Origin: Lytechinus pictus
Taxonomy: Eukaryota
Length of the DNA: 64,000 nt
Reading direction: 5' to 3'
Assembly: GCF_037042905.1 (NCBI RefSeq)
Contig: NC_087248.1
Span: 13,578,001-13,642,000, forward strand
Shown: in pieces, positions 36,961 to 48,675 of the stretch
How positions within the stretch are numbered: position 1 is the first letter of the stretch
Layout: every line of letters starts with the position of its first letter
Notes under the pieces: model-generated
Seen by the model: only the letters and a program-made list of their open reading frames with translations
What the model was told of the DNA's origin: nothing
Databases searched by the model: none
Program-made: the position numbers and the translations under genes

Positions 36961-38062
36961 GGAGCTTCTCTTTTTTATGTTATTTCCGAGGTGTTGACGT
37001 GGAAGGTCGGTCTAATAAGGCGCCTATAACAAGACACATGAAAGTCATGGATTTGAAGCCTGACCACGGCATCCCTTTTGCTTCTTTTTTAATAATAATG
37101 GATTGAATAGAATAAAATGTTATCATTCTTATATTTTTTTTTATAGATAGCCCCTCCCCTTGAGGAAAAAAATCCTTGGTAAAATTATTTTAAAAATTGC
37201 ATTGGATCAATCTTTCGGGGCTTGCCGGGTAAAAGTTAAAAACTGTTATTACCACATTTCTGCCAATGATTTTTAAAACAGACCAAAAGGCTGCTAAAAT
37301 AGTTTTGCCCGATAGAAAAGATTCACCTTTGGGATCAACACTATAAATACATTTCTTAATTTACAAAAATACTGAGCTTGTGAGAAATTTCATAAAATAT
37401 ATGAAGAATGGATCAAGATATCAATTTTTTACTGTCGACCGACAATTAAAACGTAGCCGTAATGATATACCCATATTTGATATAATATGTAGAGATCGAT
37501 TTTCATTGAAAATATGACGAAAGGGTGGTCTTTAGAACAAGAATCAGTAAAAGTTGAAAATTTCAATGAAATCATGAAGCCATATGAAGGAAAATACTTA
37601 ACGTACAATACACATACTGTAGGCGCTGAACGAATTTGGAAGAGTGGGGGTGTGGGTTAACTGAATCTCGGGCTGAACGTGCATATAACACAAATTGATG
37701 GTCACACGGTCATGGCCATTAGTGACGAAAAGTAATGAAAATACTATTCTCAAAAGTACACAATGACGTATTGGAGTTATTTTCATGACAACAAATTATG
37801 ACGTAAAATATTCCTATCTTCAAGTTAAAGTTAATCAGATTGTAAATAAACCGCTTTGTGTGTGTATACGTGCCAAACCTTTCAGTATTTACATAAGAAA
37901 AAAAACGATCACAGGACAGTGACTAATAGGAAATAACTACCAATCTAGAAGATTAAAGTAGCTGTAGGTAAATACTCTAGTTTAACCCACGGTGTTTGTA
38001 AGCGCGGGCCGGGGTTCTTATTTTGTACACTTGTTATATTGAAAATGTAGGTAAAATGTAAT

Positions 38063-38093
38063 ATACTACTACTACTGCTAATATAACAACAAT

Positions 38094-38124
<31 letters not shown>

Positions 38125-38210
38125 GCTGCTGCTGCTGTTACTACTACTACATATCTACTCCTACTACTTCTGCTACTACTCCTACTACTACCACCACTGA
38201 TACCACTACC
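38063..38210. repeat. (CTA)n microsatellite
   Basis: Direct reading. Confidence 0.9.
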
Positions 38211-38544
38211 ACGAGTAATTATACTTCATTTTATGATAATTGTAATGGGAAATGATGGTTGTGATGAAGATGAATGAGAAGAGCACAAGTAGGAAGTGGA
38301 GTGGAAGGAAATACAACAATAAAGAAGGAGAAGAAGAAGAGGAGGAAGAAAAAGAAAACATAAGAAAAAGGAAGAACTAAGAAGAAGTAGTAGTATAGAA
38401 ATACCAGAAGTATATGTAGTAGAAGAAAAAAGAAAAGGAAGATGAAAGTGGGGGAGGAGGCTGAGAAAATTATAATTGTCATGATGATGATGATTAGAAT
38501 ACTATCCTACAAAATATGCATGTGATATATATCCACACAATATA

Positions 38545-39887
38545 TAGTGCGTATACAAAAACGGGACAGTTTTGAAGTCTAGTAAAAAATTGTTTCAAAT
38601 TATGATATATATATTTTGATTTTAACAGATGCTCTGAAATCTTATCTTTGAAATGCCATTTAAAAGAATAAATTTTGTTCATGCTTGAGTGAACACGGAA
38701 CGTTTTTGTCGGGGGTTCAAAAAGAGGCTTGCGCCAAAATGGCAGAAATGATAAATTTGATGATCAGACTTCTTGCTAGTCAACAAACTTCCTTTTAACC
38801 TTTTTATTATCTTTGCAATGATTTTCGAATTATGCTGTCAAATTTCATTATCTACTTGAATTTTTTTTTTTATTTAAACTTCTTTTACCTTTGAATTTTC
38901 CTTCATAAGTTAAAAAAAAAAGACTTTTTGTCAACCCGAGCAAGAAGATTTGCATTATTAATTGGGAGAACTTGTAATTGTTTAAATCCTTTTATTATGT
39001 GGCACTATTATGTTATGGTACCTTTAAAAGACATTAATCCTATTTTCAAGGGTTTATTAATTCCTTGACCAAGTTTGATTATATGCTTGACAAACAGGAA
39101 GGGATTCATATTTTTCAATGGCAATGGTGTATTGAGTCAATTTTGAAGGAGCTAGATATGGCAGATCGGATAAAATCATTAAAATGTATTAAAAAGTTGT
39201 GAGCGAGCGAATCGAGCAAGCAAAAAATTTCACATTTTTGATAGTTTTGTGATAGATTTTGACATAATATTTAGAAAATCATATATCACTTTCTATCTTT
39301 CCCTTTATTTCTTTTCCCCCTTTTTTTTCTTGGTCATGATTTTTTTTATTGGGGGGGGGGGGAGCACCCCCGAGCCCCCGCCCACCTGTATGCCACTGTT
39401 TAAAGGCAACGTAGCCTTTGTAGCACACAATGAAAGGATTTGAAAAAAAAATACACGCTCTCCCATACTTCGGTTGAAAAGGTTTGTTTCTGCTTAAAGA
39501 AGAAATATTCAAAGCTAAAAGAGAACATATTAAAAAGAAACAACAACAGAACAATTCAAGCAAATAAACAGATTTGAAAATGAATTTTGACCGCATAATT
39601 CGAAAATAATGGCAAAGATAATGAAAAGGTTAAGAGGAAATCGGCTAATTAGCAAGACGTCCGATCATCATATTTATCATTTTATGCCATTTGGGCGCAA
39701 GCCTCCTTTTTAACCCCAGACAAAAACATTCCGTGTTCGCTCAAGCATGAACGAAACTAAATATTTTTAAATTGCATTTGAAAAATAAGACTTCAGAGCA
39801 CCTATTAACACCAAAATATAGACATCATAATTTGAAACAAAAATTTTATAGACTTTTCAAATCTGTCCCGTTTTTTGATACGCTCTG
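38545..39887. mobile_element. Tc1/mariner-like non-autonomous element with long (~200 bp) imperfect TIRs
   Basis: Left TA|TAGTGCGTATACAAAAACGGGACAG..TTGTTTCAAATTATGAT mirrors right CATAATTTGAAACAA..CTGTCCCGTTTTTTGATACGCTCTG|TA. It contains a second poly-G element at about 39120-39398. Confidence 0.7.
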
Positions 39888-40735
39888 TATATGCACAACG
39901 CAAAGTGATTGTCGTATGTAAACTTTGAGTCTATCATAAGATACCAGCCAGTGTTTGCATAGATTGTCACGAGGAATCGTTGTGATATGAGCAAGGAGAT
40001 ATGGAATATGATTATAGATTGAACTTCCTATACTGAATATTATGCAATTACAAAGCTGAACCCCCTTTATCCCTATCCTCGTAGGACAGGCTAATTCGTA
40101 AAATAAGTTTTCACCCCCCCCCCCACACGCGCGAGCCAGAAGTTTACATACACCCAGGAAATTCATAGAAAAGTTGACACTTGCTAAACATCATAAATTT
40201 ACTGTATCTTACAAAATATTTGTGCTATCATGACGAATTTGATATCAAACAAATGAGTATGTCATGCCCCTTCATCGCATTGCTTTGTCATAAGGAGCTG
40301 AAAAATATTTAGGTGTCATTTTCCTCCAAATCTTCATATTTTAGACAAATTAAAAATAAAACTTGACAATAACAATTCATATTTGTGCTAGTTACTTCTC
40401 AACACAAAACACTTTTTTGTTCAGTGGTGATATATGATAGAAAACGTAATGTACACTATATATTTGACATTTATATATTTCTATGAAACGATGTTTGAGA
40501 ATATAATAACAATAGAACACATTCGGTACCAATGTTACTTTTGTTTCTTCAAAGAAAATTCCACCTGAAATATACTTTAATCCCAATGGCATCCCAGTCA
40601 ATGCGAAAGAGATACCAAATTCGTCATGGTTGTATTATTTCTAAAGATACAGTAAATTTTACGATGTTTGGCAAGCGAACAAATTTCACTGAATTTCACG
40701 AGTGTATGTATAGTTTTGGCGTCAACTATATATAC

Positions 40736-40737
<2 letters not shown>

Positions 40738-40789
<52 letters not shown>
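40738..40789. repeat. (TA)n microsatellite
   Basis: Direct reading. Confidence 0.95.
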
Positions 40790-40794
<5 letters not shown>

Positions 40795-41829
40795 GTAATT
40801 TTAATTAACCCTAAGAAATGGCGATTCAGTTAACCTTTAAAGTTCATCACGCAATAGCAAGGGTCAAAGGGCTGCTTTTTTGCATTTAAACGCACCTTTA
40901 ATGTTGCAGATGGCTACATTAAGCACCCTAATATACAGTTTAAGGAAGGCTAAAATTTGCAATCTTTATATACTAAATATCATTTTCACTGAAAAAGGAA
41001 CATTTCCGAGTCCAAACAAGAATAGAAATGTACATATTTTCACTTCGGATGCACGATTGCAAGTTTCATTCACGTCGTAAACATGAAGTTTTATTTCTTA
41101 GGGTGTGTGTGTACATTATAAAGTGCTGTATCACAGGACCAAGACTTTACACATGACATACTCAATTCTGATAATATTGATGGATTGAATAATATACATG
41201 GCATCTTCTATACCTGTAATTAATGTAACTTCTAAGATTGCCGTCTCATTAAAGGTTTGTTTCTTCTTTAACGTGTATTTCTAAATGCATTTTCCTGAAC
41301 TCTACATAAATTTATACCGTGGTTTCGATAACCTGATCATTCATTTTGTAATGATGACAGGCAAACGTCAACTTTCCATTTCCCCCCCAAAAAAATGAAT
41401 GAGCACATATGTGGAATTCGTGCATGATAAAATACCACCAAGTAGAATGATGCATATACCAAATGCTCCCAGCCTTGATCACTCTCAACTGGAAGTGCAC
41501 CGCATAAAATGAGACGCAAGACCGAAACCAGTTATGAGAAACACAACTTCATTAACGAGGTTCCGATTACAAGATTTTTCCAAGAAATCTGTTGGAGAAA
41601 TACCAACATAAAGTGTATTGTGTTTTATCTTTCAAGAGTGCAACCTTCCAAGTCAACTGAACTCTCCGTAATAATCACATCATTTTTTAATAGTGGTAAG
41701 ATTTTTTTTTTGATTAATTGCATATCACCATTAGATTACATGCGGTAAATAATCTGTTATTTTAGATTTTTTTTTTTTTTTTGGGGGGGGGGAATGAAAA
41801 ATATTAGAGATTATAGTCACTTTATATTT

Positions 41830-42460
41830 TTTTATTCGAGATCAGAGGCATTCGCAAAATAATCGATGATTATTAAAATGTTAGAGTTGTTTGTTAGTAA
41901 GTAATATAAATACTGATAACAGTGCTGGTCCCAGAACAGAGCCATGTGGTACACCACACGAGGTCACTTTAAAAGTAGGCATGGCGCCATTGTGCTCTGT
42001 TGAAGATATAATTCCTGAACGAGGCAAGTGGCAACCACGAATACCATAATTCTGCTGTTAGAAATGTGTATAGAACATGTAGAATGAATAATATTATCAA
42101 AAATGTTCGCAAAATTAAGGAAAACTCCTGTTACTTTCTTATCATCTTGATTTCGAACCCAGTGATGTTGTGCTATGATTATGTCGAAAGAATATTTATG
42201 ATTATATCGTACATCCATTATTCTCTATAAAAAAATATTCCAAATACTTGAGTAATTTGTCAAATATCTTACTTAGAATAAAAAAAAAATGGCAATGGTC
42301 TTTAGTTCCGTGTATGATATTTTGTAGACTGGACTCAACCTAACCTTTTCTAGTGCGTTGGAAAAAAATGTATAAAATTAATTGCAAAGTTAAAATATGT
42401 GAAAGAGCTTAGAAATGTATTGACATATTATCTTAACATTCTGAATTCCTGTTAAGGCAA
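41830..42460 (-). pseudogene. Decayed non-LTR retrotransposon (CR1/L2-clade) reverse-transcriptase fragment
   Basis: Minus-strand remnants of RT motifs in the expected order: N*RP (NYRPI), GVFLNFANIFDNIIH (GVFLDxSKAFDTIxH), TSCGVPHGSVLGPALL (GVPQGSVLGPLLF), FANA (FADD). Frameshifts and stops are present. Confidence 0.75.
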
Positions 42461-42523
42461 TACCTTTTGTGCTATTTCATCTTCTTTGTTTTTTTAACTT
42501 TGTACATATATTGTGTAACTTCC

Positions 42524-42967
42524 TTTTGGAGTTCTCAAATAATATCATTATGATTATGATTAATATTTTCCGGACATCAATTGTAATAATATTGGATAAA
42601 AAAAACGCGTCAATGGCTATGAAATGCGGATAAAATTCACTCTCCCATCTCACTCTGCATTCGAAATCCATGCCACCTTTATCGCACTTTAAATTGAATG
42701 ATTTATTTATGAATATAGCACGGGTTTAACCTATGCAAGGGTTACATATTTTTTGAGTTCTCAAAAAATATCATTATGATTATAATGATTAATATTATCC
42801 GGACATCAATTGTAATAATATTGGAGTAGAAAAACGCGTCGATGGATATGAATACGGATAAAATTCACTCGCCCATCTCACTCAATATTCGAAATCCATG
42901 TCACCTTTACCGCACTTTAAATTGAAAGATTTATTTATGAATATACGAGTTTAATCTAAGCAAGGGT
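42524..42967. repeat. Tandem duplication, 2 x ~225 bp
   Basis: GAGTTCTCAAA.AATATCATTATGATTAT..CCGGACATCAATTGTAATAATATTGGA..GCAAGGGT occurs twice. Confidence 0.85.
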
Positions 42968-43183
42968 GAAAGAAGAATTCCAGTAACTCCAGGCGAATTA
43001 TAGAAACGTAATGTGTGTTTTATTAACGTAAATGGCCGAGAAGACCGATCGTCCATTATCCTTTCTTTTTTTTAAAACCAAATGTGTATATAATTTATAG
43101 AATGTAGGATGAAAGAGCACTATTGGAAAAATGCTTTGCTTACGGATGTAGTTCCGTATAGCCTGCAGGGATTAGGTGCATCA

Positions 43184-43407
43184 TACCGTTTTCAGTAACT
43201 CATGACTTTTTGGTCCGCTGCACAAGCGTTCAAGAACTGCAGGAGATTCCCTCTACTTTTACAATGGCGCTTGGCTGGTGTTGTAAAAACAGCATCAAAA
43301 TAGCCCGGGCATGGCGCTGGCTTTTTTTAGACCGCGCCATTCATAAACTCAAAAGTTTACGACTCAGCCGAGGCCTGATCTGGACCAACGAGTTACTGAA
43401 AGGGGTA
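43184..43407. mobile_element. PIF/Harbinger-like MITE
   Basis: TIRs TACCGTTTTCAGTAACTC / GAGTTACTGAAAGGGGTA with 3-bp TSD TCA. Confidence 0.7.
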
Positions 43408-43832
43408 TCAATCAGACCACTGCACTTCCACAGGATTGCAGGGATATTGAATGGATCGAAAACACAATCCATTAACAACCTTAAACAATGGTGCGGCTAA
43501 TATCCTTCGTTTCTTTTTTTATCCTCTTAATAAGACAATTGTAAACTAATAGCTATAAAAGACCATATAGAGTAAACATCAAAACTGACAAGATATAACT
43601 ATTTTTTTTAAAAACCTACAAAGAAACACTTATGGGTGAAATTTATCACGAACTAGTAATAATAACCTATGAAATCTTGGTTAAAATCACTCAAACGCAT
43701 TTGCTTAACCTCGAGGTGTCAAACTCTTATATAACATGTCTAACGAGTCCTGTAACATCAAATGCATTCAACACCCTAACTGTATTACAACCGATCCAAT
43801 ATACTGTGACAGAGTATGCATGAAACATATAA

Positions 43833-45875
43833 TTTATCCTCAACATTAAGAATTGGTCCAATAAACATGTTATCTTATAAAAAAGCAAATTAAACTCTCT
43901 ATGCATCTATTTGTATGTATTTTTGTATTGCTAAGTTTATCATGTTACAATTGCAATCACTGCAATTAACCATTCAACTACAAAATACACCGTTGCATAT
44001 CACAGTTGGCATTTAACATATTTCAGTGCACTCTCTATGCATCTATTTGTATGTATTTTTCTTTTGCTCACGCTGTAAGATTACTATGTTACAATTACAA
44101 TCGCTGCAATTAGCCTATCAACTACCACATGTGACACTGACACAGTTAAGCATTTAGCAGGCTCCTCGATTATCTGCAATATACAATACAACCACACAAC
44201 TTCACATTATACAATTATGTTATCCTTATTCATTTCTTTCTTCAGAATAAACACCATAACAAAACTAAACTGTACATGGCTAACCATTGAGAAATATAGG
44301 CTCTTGGACACACTGTCCGAATTACGACCAAAGTATCAATGCATAACATAATATGTAGGGAAACACGTAACTTTTCAATGTGCTTGTTTTGTTTGTTTTA
44401 TTTTTCAATGCGTTCAAACTGATACATTATCAAAAGTATATATATTATTTGCAATATACAATCCATATATTATCCATCAAATAACTTTTCAATGTCTTTT
44501 CAATGTGTTTGTTTTGTTTGTTTTATTTTTATTAATGCATTCAAAATGATATATTATCAAAAGTATTTACATTTTTTGCAATAATACGAAATAATCCATA
44601 ATGTATACAATATAATCACAATACATAATTAGAACAAAATAAAAAAAACTCGATGAGAGCATAAACGTCACTTTGTAATAATAAAAAACAGCATTAACTG
44701 ATAAACGCGGGAGACCAGCATTTTCATTTGTTTTAACAATGCAGAGCTATACTTCATACCAATGGTCTGCTTATCAGGTAACATAATTAATACGCATATA
44801 GATAATTTACACCAGTGGGAAAAATATGGAAAACATCAGCAAAGAACGAAATGATAACCATAAAACCTGCAAACCAAGTAGCATTTCTCTCTCTTACAGA
44901 AAAAAAAACATATTTATACCTACCAACGAATCGGACACAGACAACTTACCCTCAACATTAAGAATTAGTCCAATAAACATGTTTCCTAATATACTTAATG
45001 AATAAAAAACAAAGATATTTTAGTACACTCTCTATGCATGTATTTGCATGTATATTGGACTTGCTGACGCTGTTAGATTATCATGATACAATTACCAATA
45101 CTGCAATTAACCCTTTAAGTACTAAATGCATCGTTGTAAATAAATGTTACGTTGACACACTGAAGCATGTAACAGACCTATCTTCAATATACAATACAGC
45201 CCAACAGTTTTTCACTGATACAATTCCATTACTATCCTTATACATGTTTCCGTATATTGTTTCTTTTTTCTGAATGAAAACTATAACAAAACTAAACTGT
45301 ACATGAAAAAAATATGTTGGCTCTTGTACACACTGTTTGAATTACTACTAAGATATCAGTGCAAAGAATATGGAAGAAATCGCATCAAAACAATACATTC
45401 GCGTAATGTGAATTCAGTATTGCCGCTAAGACGAACTTGAAGTTGAGGTTTATCTTTGACACCGAATCAAACAATAGAATACATTGAACGATGTCTATAT
45501 GACATATGAGAATACACGTGGGGAAGAAATGTTGAAAAAATCTATACCTTTTAAACATCATCAACAGAAAAAACATAATAAATAAACGAATGCATATATC
45601 ATCCATCAAATAATTATGTCATTTCAATTTCCACCATTATTTTAACAGTGCAGAGCAATAATTTTTATATCCTAATGGTCTGCTTATCATGTAACGAAAT
45701 GAATACCCATATAGACAATTTACAACAATGGGCAAAAACATGGAAAATATTATGATTAAGAATGAAATGATAACCATATAACCTGCAAACCAAGTAGCAA
45801 ATTGATTTTCTCACTCTATACAGCAATAAAAAACATATTCATCATGTTCATACCAACCAAACAAATCGGCAGGTA
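43833..45875. repeat. Diverged direct tandem duplication, period about 1.1 kb
   Basis: CCTCAACATTAAGAATT(G/A)GTCCAATAAACATGTT at about 43837 and 44949, with collinear similarity (AACAAAACTAAACTGTACATG, AATGGTCTGCTTATCA, ACCTGCAAACCAAGTAGCA) in both units. Confidence 0.8.
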
Positions 45876-46114
45876 CAATTTCAGAGCGACACACACCACA
45901 TCACATAAAAACAGAATAAATTGGTGTAAATTGTGTATTAATATAAAGATTTACAACAACTAAACAGGATATTGTCAAAGAAGAAACTACCATTAACATT
46001 CATAAATGACTATGTATAAGAGATTTAGAAAAAATGAATACAATTAATATTGTAACAAAATCAACATGACCCCCCCCCCAAAAAAAAAGTCATTACATAG
46101 TAATGTAAACAGAG

Positions 46115-46289
46115 CACTAGCGTACCTACGGGGGGGGGGGGGCCAGAGGGGGCACTCTGCCCCCCCCATGACGAGCCACAACCCATACAAAAGACATATA
46201 CCTGCCCCCCCTGACGAGCTTAAAAGACCTTTTTTTGCCCCCCCTGACGAACTTGAAGACCTTTAATGCCCCCCTGAAGAGCTTGAAGA

Positions 46290-46324
<35 letters not shown>

Positions 46325-46384
46325 TGTCAAATTTTTTGGCGGCCGATTTTGCCCCCCCTGTGGAAAATCCTAGGTACGCCACTG
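46115..46384. mobile_element. Short hAT-like MITE with 8-bp TSD
   Basis: Termini CACTAGCGTACCTAC / CTAGGTACGCCACTG with TSD AAACAGAG on both sides. Internal GCCCCCCTGACGAGCTTGAAGACC-like unit occurs 3 times. Confidence 0.8.
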
Positions 46385-47192
46385 AAACAGAGTCTATGAT
46401 TGGAATAGGGGGGGGGTCAAACAAGTGCCTGATGAGGAGGGAAGGCATGCACTCTGGGAGGATGGGGCCAAGAGTGGGGGGGGGGGCTACAGTTCAGGGG
46501 ACGCGAAACTGGGGGACGGTTGTCTGCTGTATTCAACGAATTTTAACGGCTCCAACAGTACAGGCGTATCTCCACAATGGGGACAATATTGAGTCAAGGG
46601 TAGACAGGGGGGCATATAAGCTGGAAGGGAAGCGCATCACGAGGGTATTGAGTGAAACTGTAATATCACAACTAAAACATGAGCTGTGAGGGGTGAGGAT
46701 ACGCTGGTCCCTACTTTGGGGCGAAGAGGGTTATGGGTTTCAGGGGTTCTCATCATCGGAGGGGTGAGGACATCCTTAGTAGATGGCGACTTGTTGGATG
46801 GGGCGCAGACATCGGCATGTGGATGGAGGTCTGGTGGGGCATCAATATCGATTGGAATTGTTACATCTAGGTAGTGGGTGTACAGGGTGTCTACATATTC
46901 AGGTGGTTGGTAGTTGAAAAGGGCATCTACATCTTGTGGGGTGTTGTTGGCGAAATGGGATCGTAACCACAACATCTAAAGTACAGCCAGTTGGTGATGG
47001 GCAGGTGTGTCTATATTTTTGTGTTGGTGGCATGTAATTGCCCCCTTGTTAGAGGGTAATTGCACTCTAGCTCTGGCTGGCTATTAGGCTATGTATGACC
47101 AGTAGTAGGACTACATGTAAGTAGAGGTGAAAATAATGTATGATTGTGTGTGCCACTGTTATGTGTGTCACTGTACGAGAGTAAGACTACTG

Positions 47193-47738
47193 TACCCCAG
47201 GTAACAATACAGCGTGGAACAAAGTTGGGATTTTTTCTCCAACGTTGCATCATCGATAGAAGTGCACGCGCATACATCGTCAGTCCAACAAAGTTTACGA
47301 CGATGTATATCAACGTTGTCTGGCAACAATGCTTCAATGTGGTCTGTCAACGCTATTCCAATGTTGGCTGAATTACAGCGTTGGACAAACGTTGGAACAA
47401 CGTTAAGAAGATATATATTTCTGACGTTGCCTGAACGTTGGTATGCAACGTTGCAACATTATTAGGAGTGCACGCGCATGCATCGTCAGACCAACAATGT
47501 TTCCAACTTCGGTCCAACGTTGTCCACCATCAGTGCTCCAACGTTTTCCAGTAACGTTGGTCCAATGTAGGCCGAGTCATCAATTACAGCGTTGGTGCAA
47601 CATTGGTGTCAATCATATTTTCATCAATCTAATATCCAATGTCGATTCAACGTTAATCCATCATGTCTTTCCAAAGTCCAACGACTTTCAACTTCAAGTT
47701 TCCAACGTTGAGCCAATGTTGGCTTGTTACCTGAAGTA
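47193..47738. mobile_element. EnSpm/CMC-like non-autonomous element built of CAACGTTG palindromic repeats
   Basis: Termini TACCCCAGGTAACA / TGTTACCTGAAGTA with more than 10 degenerate AACGTT units. Confidence 0.6.
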
Positions 47739-48675
47739 GCTGAAAGGTTGCTTTCACATTGGCAAGACTGTCGGTCCGTGATTTTTCAAACGAAACGGGC
47801 AAGCGTATTTGCTATCAGAAATGGAAAATCAATTTCGTTGAGAGGATCGGACACGATTGACTCATTTTGACTCATAAGACGGTGAATCGATCATGAGCAA
47901 ATTGTCGACTGAGGTGAAGATGTTCACTTTGACGAGTGATTCAGGCATTTATTTCTTGTGCACGATGTTGATTTGCACAACTGAAGGTGAACACATCCCA
48001 CTGTTACAGAAAGTAGGGCTGATGTTACTGCCGACAAATTATCACATGTTCATGATAATGCCGGTTGAGAATTGTCCTACATGATACTCTCAACACCACC
48101 CATAAGGGGGAAATGAACATCACCATGGCAACGCAGCTAGAATCACTAGAGCTTTTTTTTAGTTTATGGAAGTAGGTCGGTCGCTCCACTCGACTAAATG
48201 GGCACATAGTTTTATAAATGTTATTGTGTTCGCTGCTACTATGATATAAACCAAGGTTACAAAAACTGAAATGAATCCAACAGCTGTATCAAACACTACC
48301 CGCCCCTACCTCTAGTCTAGAAATCAACAATGATGAAGCTTAAATGATTACCATCAAATGTCGCTCTGTCGCTTGCTTACTAATAATGAATCCAAGGGGA
48401 TGGGAATGTATATTCCACTTGAGAGAGGATGGCGTGTATACAAAGTTCATTTGCATTCTAAAGAAAACGTTATTCCGATTACTGGATCACTCGGTGGATT
48501 TCACTTTTGAAAAGTGATAAACGGACACGTATAGCATAAGTGCAATTGAAATGCTCTTTGAAAACCGACAGAGCACTCGCTTAATCACTTCTTTTTTTCG
48601 CGTAGAAGGTTTGCACAATCATGTACACATGTGGCATTGAAAACCACTGACTGCCCACCTCCTGATATCAGGAAC

